Source: an uncultured Acidobacteriota bacterium
GTDB lineage: Bacteria > Acidobacteriota > Terriglobia > Acidiferrales > UBA7541
NCBI GenBank assembly: GCA_963769415.1
Contig: CAVYLM010000002.1
Coordinates: 33,625-97,624, forward strand
Length of the DNA: 64,000 bases
Reading direction: 5' to 3'
Within the stretch, counting starts at the first letter, position 1; every line of letters begins with the position of its first letter. The translations under genes were made by a program, and so were the position numbers. This document shows positions 28,218 through 36,305 of this stretch, piece by piece. The notes under the pieces were generated by a model. The model saw nothing but the letters and a program-made list of their open reading frames with translations, did no database searches and was not told the origin of the DNA.

Positions 28218-28913
28218 CTACTTGCCGGACTTATTTCTCGGGGATTTCTTGTTGAGAGTCGAAACGAGCAATTTCGCCGATGCGGGCGCGTGGATCGCGC
28301 TGTTGATCACGATGTCCTTGGCGCTGACGCCTTTCCCATAGATCCGAGCGTTGCCGTCACCATCCGGTCGAAGCGTCGAACCCTCCAGGGAGATTCCCGC
28401 GAACAATCCGCGCGAACGGGAGTACGAAAGAATCTCCGCACGCATCGTGACATCGGTGGATGCGGCGGCGTTGCGGCCCTTCGGTCCGGCGGCAGCAGCG
28501 ATGTCGCCGCCAAGCTTGACCTGGCTGGTGAGAATGGAATCAGCCCCGCGCGGATTCATCACCAACAAAACAAAGTCCGTCGCCTGGCCGCCCAACTGGA
28601 GGCCGAAACTCCCACCCTCAAGGGCCATCATGGCTGGCGCACTCCAACGTCCGCTGAAGTCCGGACCGCTCCGGCATGTCATTACGCCGCGCCCGTAACT
28701 GCCCCCGAACCCGATTGCGAATTTCAGCACCGAAGGCAGAACGATCACGCATTCCGCCTTTTCCAGAACGTCCTGCGGAATGTCATCGGGAACGTTGAGA
28801 ATCTCGACCATCACTTTGCCGGCATTCCGAATGCGGTTGTTTTCGTCTTTTTGGGCGGAGGCGGGAAGGCCGATCAAAGCAATCGCAGCCATCAACAACA
28901 AGATCTTTTTCAT
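28218..28913 (-). CDS. SYLF (Ysc84/DUF500) lipid-binding domain lipoprotein/secreted protein
   Basis: ATG at 28911-28913 (MKKILLLMAAIALIGLPASA). ..CVIVLPSV.K.A.G.GGSYG.GV...R......WS.P......GGS.G.Q.G....D.VL..M......L......LG.D...AAGP.GR.. Confidence 0.85.
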   Translation of the reverse strand: MKKILLLMAAIALIGLPASAQKDENNRIRNAGKVMVEILNVPDDIPQDVLEKAECVIVLPSVLKFAIGFGGSYGRGVMTCRSGPDFSGRWSAPAMMALEGGSFGLQLGGQATDFVLLVMNPRGADSILTSQVKLGGDIAAAAGPKGRNAAASTDVTMRAEILSYSRSRGLFAGISLEGSTLRPDGDGNARIYGKGVSAKDIVINSAIHAPASAKLLVSTLNKKSPRNKSGK

Positions 28914-29216
28914 CGATGCGCTCCTCGTGAGGCTGTAGTGAATCCACATATTCCGGGGCATTTGATCAGGGCGGCACCCCGCCTGCCGACGCACCGTTTC
29001 TAATTCTTAATGGTGTTCTCTTCGGTGATGTTCGTCACTTGCCCGCGTGACATGGATAACACAGTCATCCGGGGTGAACTGTCCAAAAGGAGACAGTCGT
29101 CAGGTGGAAGCGATCAAGCAGCCGTGGAAGATGACTCCGATCCACATGTGCGTGCCTCGTGGTGAGGAGAAACGAGGAGACTGGGGTCCGCGGCAATTCT
29201 TTGGCGGCTTGAGACG

Positions 29217-29969
29217 TTAGTCGTGCAGGACGACGCCTAGAAGAGCCTTGTTGATTTGGAGACCTCTCAAGCTGTTTCCGTACTCGATGAAGCCCAGTTT
29301 TCTGAATTTATTCATGAACGTATTGACCCGCGTGCGCGTGGTACCGATCATCTCCGCCAGGGTCTCTTGCGATATTTCGGGCAGCACTTTTTGTGGTTGA
29401 TCTTGCGTTCCGTGGCGAGCGAGCAGCAGAAGCGTGCGAGCCAGCCGCTTCTCGCTGGAGTTGAACAGCTGGTCGATCAGATCTTCTTCAACCCGGATAT
29501 TGCGCGCAAGCATATAAGCGATGAATCGATCGGAAAACTCATGTTCTCCGTGGAGCACGCGAATCATCTCGTGTTTTTCAATCGCCAGTACGGAGGCCGG
29601 AGTAATCGCGGTCGCGGTCGTCATGCAAACGGTCTGGCCTGCAAGGCACCCCTCACCTATAAAATCGCCCGGTCCCAAAATCGCCACGATGGCTTCCCTG
29701 CCGGCCGCATTGACCACCGTAAGCTTCACTCCCCCTTTTTGAATAAACATGACGCTCTTTGCGGGATCGCCCTGCGAAAAAATAGTTTCTTTTCTTCGGA
29801 ACTCGGTGGTCTTTCTCAAAAGCCCAACCGAGTGGAGAAACGAATTCACGTCAAAAGCGCGGCTTCGCCGCGACGCCTTCGGGGGGCGAGGGGGAGCGGC
29901 AGAGACACGTCGGCTGGAAAGCGACGGCACGGTGTAAATAGAGTACTCCCCGGGAGGGGGGCTGTTCAA
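29217..29969 (-). CDS. Crp/Fnr-family regulator (cNMP-binding domain plus HTH)
   Basis: ETIFSQGDPAKSVMFIQKGGVKLTV..GPGDFIGEGCL. C-terminal SQETLAEMIGTTRTRVNTFMNKFRKLGFI. No N-terminal Cys cluster, so not Fnr proper. The start is uncertain. Confidence 0.85.
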   Translation of the reverse strand: MNSPPPGEYSIYTVPSLSSRRVSAAPPRPPKASRRSRAFDVNSFLHSVGLLRKTTEFRRKETIFSQGDPAKSVMFIQKGGVKLTVVNAAGREAIVAILGPGDFIGEGCLAGQTVCMTTATAITPASVLAIEKHEMIRVLHGEHEFSDRFIAYMLARNIRVEEDLIDQLFNSSEKRLARTLLLLARHGTQDQPQKVLPEISQETLAEMIGTTRTRVNTFMNKFRKLGFIEYGNSLRGLQINKALLGVVLHD

Positions 29970-30014
29970 TAGTGGACACTGCGAGGCAGGGGACCGGAAA
30001 ATGGCTGCTGACCG

Positions 30015-30668
30015 CTAGTGGCGCCGCAGGATCTTTTGTAGGGACTTATGCACTTCAATGTGGCCGTTGTAGCTAATGAATCCCCGCTTTTTGAATCGGT
30101 TCATGAATAAGTTGACCCGCGGGCGGGTCGTGCCGACCATTTCCGCCAGAACCTGGTGACTCAGAGTGGGAAGCACGGCAACGGCTGGACTTTTTCCGTC
30201 CAAGTGGGCCAGCCGCAGAAGCACGCGCGCCAGACGCTGTTCGGCGGAAGAAGTCAGCAGTTCCGACACATGATCCTTGTACTTCTGGACGCTGGACAGC
30301 AGATAGGCCACCAGGGCATTTGACGCTTTATTCTTTTTGCGAAGCATTTCGAGCATCTTTTTCTTCTGGATGGTACGTATGGAACTGGCGGTCAGCGCGA
30401 CTGCCGTGGACATGCGAAGAGGATATCCCGCGAGGCAAAGCTCGCCAAAGAAATCTCCCACCCCCAAGATGGCGGTGACTGCGGATGGCTGCTGTTTCGT
30501 TCGGGTAGTGAGCCGCACTCCGCCTTCTTGAATGTAGAAAAGCGTATAAGCAGGCTCACCTTGCGTGTAGATGTTTTGTTTGCCCCGATATCGCGAGACC
30601 GTACCGCCCAAGCCGGCTCCTGAAGAGAAGCCATTAAGGCGCGCCGCCGTTTGCCGTGTGCGTTTCAT
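30015..30668 (-). CDS. Crp/Fnr-family regulator, second copy
   Basis: ATG at 30666-30668 follows AAGGAG. QNIYTQGEPAYTLFYIQEGGVRLT..GVGDFFGELCL..SHQVLAEMVGTTRPRVNLFMNRFKKRGFI. Confidence 0.85.
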   Translation of the reverse strand: MKRTRQTAARLNGFSSGAGLGGTVSRYRGKQNIYTQGEPAYTLFYIQEGGVRLTTRTKQQPSAVTAILGVGDFFGELCLAGYPLRMSTAVALTASSIRTIQKKKMLEMLRKKNKASNALVAYLLSSVQKYKDHVSELLTSSAEQRLARVLLRLAHLDGKSPAVAVLPTLSHQVLAEMVGTTRPRVNLFMNRFKKRGFISYNGHIEVHKSLQKILRRH

Positions 30669-30805
30669 AGTTCGCTCCGCTCCTTGGATACGGGCAAGGC
30701 GCGCAAATACAGGAATGCGATTACTCCCCAGCTTAATAGACTCGTCCAAAGTGAACTGTGCAAAAAGGGACATGCGGGGCAGGCTATCCTGACGATCAAG
30801 TGGAG

Positions 30806-31207
30806 TTATTTTGTCTCGAGAAGCTTGAATTGCGGGTCCTGGACGACCAGGATCGCCCACGCTTCCTGTTCTGTGCGAACCACGTGAAGGTTCGGGCGGA
30901 TTTCTTCCCCCTGGGTGGCAAACATGCGCATCATTCCGAACAGGTGGGGCGTCGGCGCAATCACGATCCGCTGGAGCCCGGGATCGATCAATACCGGAGC
31001 CGACTTGGCAATCTGGCGGATCGTTTCGGCGGAAACTTCGAAGGAAGTGACTTCGGAGAGATCAACGACACCCGCAGTGGGGTGGGTGCGTCGGGCGTGC
31101 TGAGAGCCAACTTGAAAGAATTCCTGCAGCACTCCGTCCGTAACCCGCCCGCCGAGCCGGCAACGAAGAATGCCGTTCGTCAAATCGAAGTCGAACGTAT
31201 AGGGCAT
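30806..31207 (-). CDS. Hypothetical protein (possibly a STAS-like fold)
   Basis: Track ORF 30806..31252. MPYTFDFDLTNGILRCRLGGRVTD..GVVDLSEVTSFEVSAETIRQIA. The start is uncertain and the family call is tentative. Confidence 0.5.
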   Translation of the reverse strand: MPYTFDFDLTNGILRCRLGGRVTDGVLQEFFQVGSQHARRTHPTAGVVDLSEVTSFEVSAETIRQIAKSAPVLIDPGLQRIVIAPTPHLFGMMRMFATQGEEIRPNLHVVRTEQEAWAILVVQDPQFKLLETK

Positions 31208-31293
31208 GGCCTGCCGCAGTGCGGTCATGTCGATTGGGCCAGATCGTCGCACCGATCCCGGCGGAATGCAATGCGTACAACCTTATACAATGT

Positions 31294-31460
31294 TCAATTT
31301 AAGTTACTTAGACGGCGGCGGGCCGGGAGGCGGGAGCCGCTGTCGAGCGAACGACCGTCGGGGAATGTGACGCGGCGGGCGTTGACGAAATGCGAGCCCT
31401 CGCGGGCGCGGTAGCCGTCGACGAGGATCGTTTCGCCGAGTTTCAGGTTCGCCTTTCTTC
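31294..31460 (-). pseudogene. 3' remnant of a DUF6152-like gene
   Basis: My own translation of the minus strand: ..GRKANLKLGETILVDGYRAREGSHFVNARRVTFPDGRSLDSGS..*. It resembles the C-terminus W.K..LK.GD.V.V.G..A.DGS...NA..V...DGR of that family. No N-terminal part or start codon is present. Confidence 0.35.
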
Positions 31461-31477
31461 CAGCCGGGCCCAGCCGC

Positions 31478-32140
31478 CTAGCGGTGCATGTTCATGTGCG
31501 AAAACATCTGCCCGGAGACGATCTTGGTTGCTTCGGTCTTGTCCCCGTTGGGCGTGATGTTGACGACCACTTGAGCGCCGACCTTCAGGTCCTTCACAGG
31601 CGTGTCCACGCCATCGTTGATGTACTTGGTTGACGGGGTGAGCGCGATGGTCACCGGCCCCCGGCTCCCGCGCATGCGGCCCATGCGCATGGCGTCGACG
31701 GTGATGGAATCGGCCGAGACGGCGGTGACTGTGCCCATGACCATTTGCGCGTTCATGCCGCCGCACGGCATGGAGGAGTTCGCCGTCATCATGTCGGACA
31801 TGTTGCCCATCATGGCGCCCTGCCTGGTCATCTGGTCGTGCATCTGGTTGAGCAGGGCCTGGTGCTCGGCGAGCTTCGATTTCAGGGCGGCCGGGTCCTT
31901 TTCGTCCTGAATGGCCTTGAGGCTGGCCATGAGCTTTTCCATGAGGGCGAACATCTGCTGCTGATTGCCCATCATGCCGTGCATCGTGCCCATCATGTTC
32001 TGGCCCATCATGCCGCCGCGCATCATTCCGGGCTGCGACTGGTTCTGGTTGGTCTGGCTCTGTTGCGCCGAGGCGCTCTGAGCCGCGAACAGGGAGAGGG
32101 CCGCCGCGAGAACTGAAACGACGATTGCTTTGGATTTCAT
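31478..32140 (-). CDS. Met-rich periplasmic protein with DUF5666-like C-terminal beta domain
   Basis: 220 aa with a signal peptide. PGMMRGGMMGQNMMGTMHGMMGNQQQM..GAMMGNMSDMM..CGGMNAQMVMG. C-terminal ITVDAM..VTIALTPSTKYINDGVDTPVKDLKVGAQVVVN. Confidence 0.75.
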   Translation of the reverse strand: MKSKAIVVSVLAAALSLFAAQSASAQQSQTNQNQSQPGMMRGGMMGQNMMGTMHGMMGNQQQMFALMEKLMASLKAIQDEKDPAALKSKLAEHQALLNQMHDQMTRQGAMMGNMSDMMTANSSMPCGGMNAQMVMGTVTAVSADSITVDAMRMGRMRGSRGPVTIALTPSTKYINDGVDTPVKDLKVGAQVVVNITPNGDKTEATKIVSGQMFSHMNMHR

Positions 32141-32245
32141 ATGTAATACCTCCTCTTGGGTACCTTAATACCGGAAGCGGCTCGTAAGCGACTGTGACGC
32201 AAATCACGGGGGCGTGTGACGTTTGTCCGCGATGCGAGCAAAGCC

Positions 32246-32274
32246 GGGCGCAGCAAGCAGCGCCCCTACGAAGA
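32246..32274 (+). repeat. Hairpin-CCCCTAC repeat (family B)
   Basis: gggcgcagcaagcagcgcccctacgaaga. Confidence 0.8.
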
Positions 32275-32385
32275 AAATTTCGGCAAGCGGACGTGCCTGG
32301 GGCGTAAACCCATACCGACGACGCGAGCGGGGACGAGACAAGCGCGGAGGTGGTAGCATCTCGATCTCGGATTCGATGGGAGGCC

Positions 32386-33114
32386 ATGGTGAGCGGGCAA
32401 TTGGAGAGCTTGGCGAAAAAGCATGTGGTGGTGATCGGCGGCACGTCGGGAATCGGGCGCGCAATCGCGCAACAGGCCTCGGCCGCGGGCGCGCGCGTCA
32501 CGGTGGCGTCGCGCAACCAGAAGCGAGTGGACGACACGGTGGCGCTGCTGGGGCCGCCGGCGCAGGGGAAAGTGGTGGACGTGACCGACGCTGCGTCGGT
32601 GCGCGCGTTTTTCGAGCAGGCCGGGCAGATCGATCACCTGGCGCTGCCGGGCAACGAAGTGAAGATCGCGCCGTTTCAGAAGCTGTCGATCAAGGACGCG
32701 CAGGCGTCGATGGCCAGCAAATTCTGGGGGCAGTACGCGGCGATCAAGGCGGCGCGGATGATGCCGGGCGGCTCGATCGTGCTGTTTTCCGGAGTGGCGT
32801 CGCGCAAGCCGGGCGCGGGCGCTCCGGCGCTGACGGCGATCAATTCGGCGGTCGAAGGATTGGGGCGCGCGCTCGCGGTGGAGCTGGCGCCGGTGCGCGT
32901 GAACGTGATCGCGCCGGGCATCGTGAAGACCGAACTGTGGGACGGAATTCCCGAAGCGTCGCGCACCGAGGTGCTGAAGTCGTTCACGAACCGGCTGCCG
33001 ATCCCGCGGCCGGGGACGCCGGAGGAAATTGCGTTTGTGGTGATGACGATGATGACCTCGCCGTTCATGACCGGAGCGGTGATCGACGTGGATGGAGGGG
33101 CGCTGCTGGTTTAG
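32386..33114 (+). CDS. SDR-family oxidoreductase
   Basis: ATG at 32386 follows GGGAGG. VVVIGGTSGIGRAIA (TGxxxGxG) and C-terminal ...PFMTGAVIDVDGG. Confidence 0.85.
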   Translation: MVSGQLESLAKKHVVVIGGTSGIGRAIAQQASAAGARVTVASRNQKRVDDTVALLGPPAQGKVVDVTDAASVRAFFEQAGQIDHLALPGNEVKIAPFQKLSIKDAQASMASKFWGQYAAIKAARMMPGGSIVLFSGVASRKPGAGAPALTAINSAVEGLGRALAVELAPVRVNVIAPGIVKTELWDGIPEASRTEVLKSFTNRLPIPRPGTPEEIAFVVMTMMTSPFMTGAVIDVDGGALLV

Positions 33115-33180
33115 ATTCGGGCCGTGGCGTGGACTCAGCAAGCGAGGGAGATCTGCAAATCAGTGCCAAGCACGTGCGCC

Positions 33181-33210
33181 GGGCACAGCATGCTGTGCCC
33201 CTACAAAACC
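33181..33210 (+). repeat. Hairpin-CCCCTAC repeat (family B)
   Basis: gggcacagcatgctgtgcccctacaaaacc. Confidence 0.8.
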
Positions 33211-33234
33211 AGGGCGACGCGGGAGCAAGCGGCG

Positions 33235-33651
33235 ATGGGATTTGAGATTCGGACGCGGGCGGTGGGGCCGGTCGTGGTGGTCGAGGCGGTGGGCCGGTTT
33301 ACAGCCGCCGATGGGCACACGAAACTCCGCGATCTGGTGCACGTGCTCACCAATTCCGGCACGAAGAAATTCGTGCTGCATCTCGAGCGCGTGGAATACA
33401 TCGACAGCTCGGGGATCGGGGAGCTGCTGAGGTCGCACTTCGTGGTGCGGCAAAGCGCGGGGGACTTGAAGCTGGCTTGCGTGCATCCGAAGGTGATGGA
33501 CGTGCTGCGGATTTCGCGGATGCACACGATCTTCACTTCGCGAGAAGGGAATGCACGCGGTCGACAAGATTGCGGCTGGCCTGGTCGGCTTCGGAAGTTG
33601 AAAAATCGGCCGAGAGGTGAAGGAGCCGCACGTTCGGTGCGCTTTCGCTGA
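33235..33651 (+). CDS. STAS-domain anti-sigma-factor antagonist
   Basis: [67 protein letters not shown]. The last ~35 codons are Arg/Gly-rich and overlap the convergent gene, so the 3' end is doubtful. Confidence 0.7.
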   Translation: MGFEIRTRAVGPVVVVEAVGRFTAADGHTKLRDLVHVLTNSGTKKFVLHLERVEYIDSSGIGELLRSHFVVRQSAGDLKLACVHPKVMDVLRISRMHTIFTSREGNARGRQDCGWPGRLRKLKNRPRGEGAARSVRFR

Positions 33652-34222
33652 ATTTTTCAGCAGCCGAATCGTTCCCATGCCACGACGGCCCGCACACCAG
33701 CAGGCTGGGCTTGGTCCCCACTGCGAGCGAAACGGCGTCCGAAAGATAGCGCGTCGTGAAAACCTCGTAGCCCGAACGTTGCAGCAGGACTTTCAGATAA
33801 GCAAGGACGTCGAGCGAGCTATCGAGGCAGACAATCCTGGTCGCGGACGGCTGCGGAGTTTCGTGCGGAGATCCGGGCCGAGCCGAAAACGCGTCGACAG
33901 CTTCTTTTTCGGATGCGAACGGCTGAAAAACTTTCAGCAGGTTCGTGGCCTGAAGGACCTGTTCGACGAACGGCGACAACCGGCAGATTTTCAGGTCGCC
34001 GCGCGCGGCGCGCATCACGCCGAAGATGCGGACCAGCGCTCCCAGGCCGCCGCTGTCGACGTAGGTGACTTCGCCGAGGTTCAGCACCACGTTCTTGGTC
34101 AGCGCGGTGAGCCTGTCGATTTCGCCCTGGAGGTGGCGGGCTTCGTCGCCGCTGACGATGCGGCCGCGGCAGCGCACCACGACGATGTCGCCAACGGTTT
34201 GGCTTTGCAGGTTCAGTTGCAT
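33533..34222 (-). CDS. STAS domain fused to a receiver-like (degenerate) domain
   Basis: 229 aa. N-terminal VVVRCRGRIV..VVLNLGEVTYVDSGGLGALV..GDLKICRLSPFVEQVL. C-terminal RIVCLDSSLDVLAYLKVLLQRSGYEVFT..LLVCG is CheY-like. Confidence 0.75.
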   Translation of the reverse strand: MQLNLQSQTVGDIVVVRCRGRIVSGDEARHLQGEIDRLTALTKNVVLNLGEVTYVDSGGLGALVRIFGVMRAARGDLKICRLSPFVEQVLQATNLLKVFQPFASEKEAVDAFSARPGSPHETPQPSATRIVCLDSSLDVLAYLKVLLQRSGYEVFTTRYLSDAVSLAVGTKPSLLVCGPSWHGNDSAAEKFSESAPNVRLLHLSADFSTSEADQASRNLVDRVHSLLAK

Positions 34223-34306
34223 GGGGCCGTAAAGTTATCACAGAACGGCATGAGGAGAAGATCCTCGGATCGAATGGAAGGAATCCTGCCGCAGCCGAAG
34301 AGAGAT

Positions 34307-34432
34307 TCATCGCTCTTAGCAGGCTGCGGAAAAAGGCAGTGAAGAGTGTCCTCAGGCGCTGAAGCGCATTGAGTGCAAGCCCTTTATGTCGGAGCTGAAG
34401 CTCCGACCCCCTAAAAAGCGCCCTTTTTCCGC
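34307..34432 (-). mobile_element. 126-bp MITE-like element, copy 2 (inverted)
   Basis: Reverse complement of 22505-22631 with only ~3 mismatches by eye. Confidence 0.75.
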
Positions 34433-34580
34433 AAACTGTTAGAGGCGCGCGATGCAAAACCGTACTTTGACTCCGTGACCGGACGTCCGCCGCGGCGGAC
34501 GAAAGGCAACGGCGTCCGGCCACTCCGCTCAGAATGACGAAGCTGTGGTAATGGCGTGGAAGATGCCAAGCATCCGCGCC

Positions 34581-34613
34581 GGGCATCCGCCGCGGCGGAT
34601 GCCCCTACAAAAT
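34581..34613 (+). repeat. Hairpin-CCCCTAC repeat (family B)
   Basis: gggcatccgccgcggcggatgcccctacaaaat. A related perfect palindrome, GTCCGCCGCGGCGGAC, is at 34484-34499. Confidence 0.8.
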
Positions 34614-34717
34614 CGATGGCGGGGCGCGAGCGCGTTCCGGCGGTAAGTCATTCGATTACATAGTCATACGGGCGTAACACTTTTTTCGCACGAGGTTCAC
34701 AGTTCGGAAGTATCATA

Positions 34718-35476
34718 ATGCCTCGTTTCAGGTGTGCCCACATGGCGACTCTAACGTCTGGAATTTCCGTCGCGCCGCATCCCGTTTTGGAACGGGCCAT
34801 TGCCGCAAAGCGCCTCTACCCCGGCGCGCTGGTCGTCGTCGAGGGCATCGACGGCTCGGGCAAAAGCACGCAGCTCTACCTGCTGAAGCGCTGGCTGGAA
34901 ATTCGGGGCTACCGGATTCATTTCACGGAGTGGAATTCCTCGCCGCTGGTGAAATCGGCCACGCGGCGCGGGAAGCAGCGGCGGCTGCTGACGCCGACCA
35001 CGTTTTCGATGCTGCACGCCGCGGATTTTGCGGACCGCTGCGAGAGGCAGATACTGCCGCTGCTGCACGGCGGCTATCTGGTGCTGGCGGACCGCTACAT
35101 CTATACGGCGTTCGCGCGCGACGCAGCGCGGGGATGCTCGCCGCACTGGCTGCGCAACCTTTATAGCTTCGCGCCGGTGCCGGACATCACGTTTTATTTC
35201 CGCGCGCCGCTGGACGTGGCCGTGAACCGCATCGTGGCCGGGCGCCCCAAGCTGAAGTATTACGAAGCGGGAATGGACCTGGGCATTTCGCTCGACCGCG
35301 CCGAAAGCTTCCGCATCTTCCAGGAAAAAATCCTGAACAACTACGACCAGATGGTCGATTCCGACAATTTCGTGCTGATGGACGGCACGGTGCGCGTGAA
35401 CAAGCTGCAGAAACTGATGCGCCAGCTGCTGGCCGAGCGCGTGGACCTGAAACAGTTCGCGCCGAAGAAAAAATAA
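34718..35476 (+). CDS. Thymidylate-kinase-like P-loop protein 1
   Basis: 252 aa. VVVEGIDGSGKSTQ (Tmk P-loop), VLADRYIYTAFA (DRY motif), and a long C-terminal extension. The start could be 34718 or 34742. Confidence 0.8.
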   Translation: MPRFRCAHMATLTSGISVAPHPVLERAIAAKRLYPGALVVVEGIDGSGKSTQLYLLKRWLEIRGYRIHFTEWNSSPLVKSATRRGKQRRLLTPTTFSMLHAADFADRCERQILPLLHGGYLVLADRYIYTAFARDAARGCSPHWLRNLYSFAPVPDITFYFRAPLDVAVNRIVAGRPKLKYYEAGMDLGISLDRAESFRIFQEKILNNYDQMVDSDNFVLMDGTVRVNKLQKLMRQLLAERVDLKQFAPKKK

Positions 35477-36303
35477 TGAGCCCGAAATCCCAACCCGACA
35501 ACGGCGCCGGCCCGAACAGCCACGGCGCGCGGCGCTCGAAAAAGGGCAAGAACGGCGGCGCGAACGGACATCATTCGCGTTTCTACGGCATGCCACTGCC
35601 CGGCGTGCGCACGGAAGATCTGAGCGGCAGCCTGATCGTGGTCGAGGGAACGGACGGCTCGGGGCGCTCGACCCAGATTTCGCTGCTCACCGAGTGGCTC
35701 GAGGGCGAGGGATTCGCGGTCGAGACGATGGGGCTGCGACGATCGTTCCTGGTCGGCGAGGACATCGACGCGCTGCTGGCCGAAAATTCGGTGACGCGCA
35801 CGACGCTCGCGCTGATGTACAGCACGGATTTCTTCGACCAGCTGGAGCGGCGGATTTTGCCGGCGCTGCGATCGGGGTTGATTGTTCTGGCCGACCGCTA
35901 TATCTTCACGCTGATCGCGCGCGCGGCGGTCCGCGGAATCGGCCGGGATTACCTGCACGGAATTTACGACATCGCGCTGCGGCCGGACCTGACGTTCTGG
36001 CTCAACGTGCGGCCCGAGGTCGCGTTCGACCGCGAATTCAAGAAGTCGCAGACGATCAGCTACTGGGAGTCGGGCCGCGACATGTCGCTTTCGAACGATC
36101 TGTTCCAATCCTTCATCCGCTACCAGTCGATGATCAAGCGCGAGTTCGAATATCTTTCCAAGCGCCATGGCTTTCTCGAGCTGGACGGGGAAGCGGAAGT
36201 TTCCAAAGTGAACGCTCAGCTGCGCAAGCGGATCGCCCAGCAGCTGGGAATTCAGAACACGAATTACAAGCCTTCGCACGCGCTCGCGCATCTCTGGCGC
36301 TAA
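35476..36303 (+). CDS. Thymidylate-kinase-like P-loop protein 2
   Basis: 275 aa. The ATG overlaps the previous TAA by 1 nt (TAATG). Has a ~45-aa basic N-terminal extension, IVVEGTDGSGRSTQ, and VLADRYIFTLIA. Confidence 0.8.
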   Translation: MSPKSQPDNGAGPNSHGARRSKKGKNGGANGHHSRFYGMPLPGVRTEDLSGSLIVVEGTDGSGRSTQISLLTEWLEGEGFAVETMGLRRSFLVGEDIDALLAENSVTRTTLALMYSTDFFDQLERRILPALRSGLIVLADRYIFTLIARAAVRGIGRDYLHGIYDIALRPDLTFWLNVRPEVAFDREFKKSQTISYWESGRDMSLSNDLFQSFIRYQSMIKREFEYLSKRHGFLELDGEAEVSKVNAQLRKRIAQQLGIQNTNYKPSHALAHLWR

Positions 36304-36305
36304 GA

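Noticed and set aside
22632-34306. The segment between the two 126-bp elements as a composite transposon.
   Set aside because: There is no transposase inside, the elements are far too small to encode one, and no target duplications were seen. I kept it only as a possible invertible or recombinogenic arrangement.
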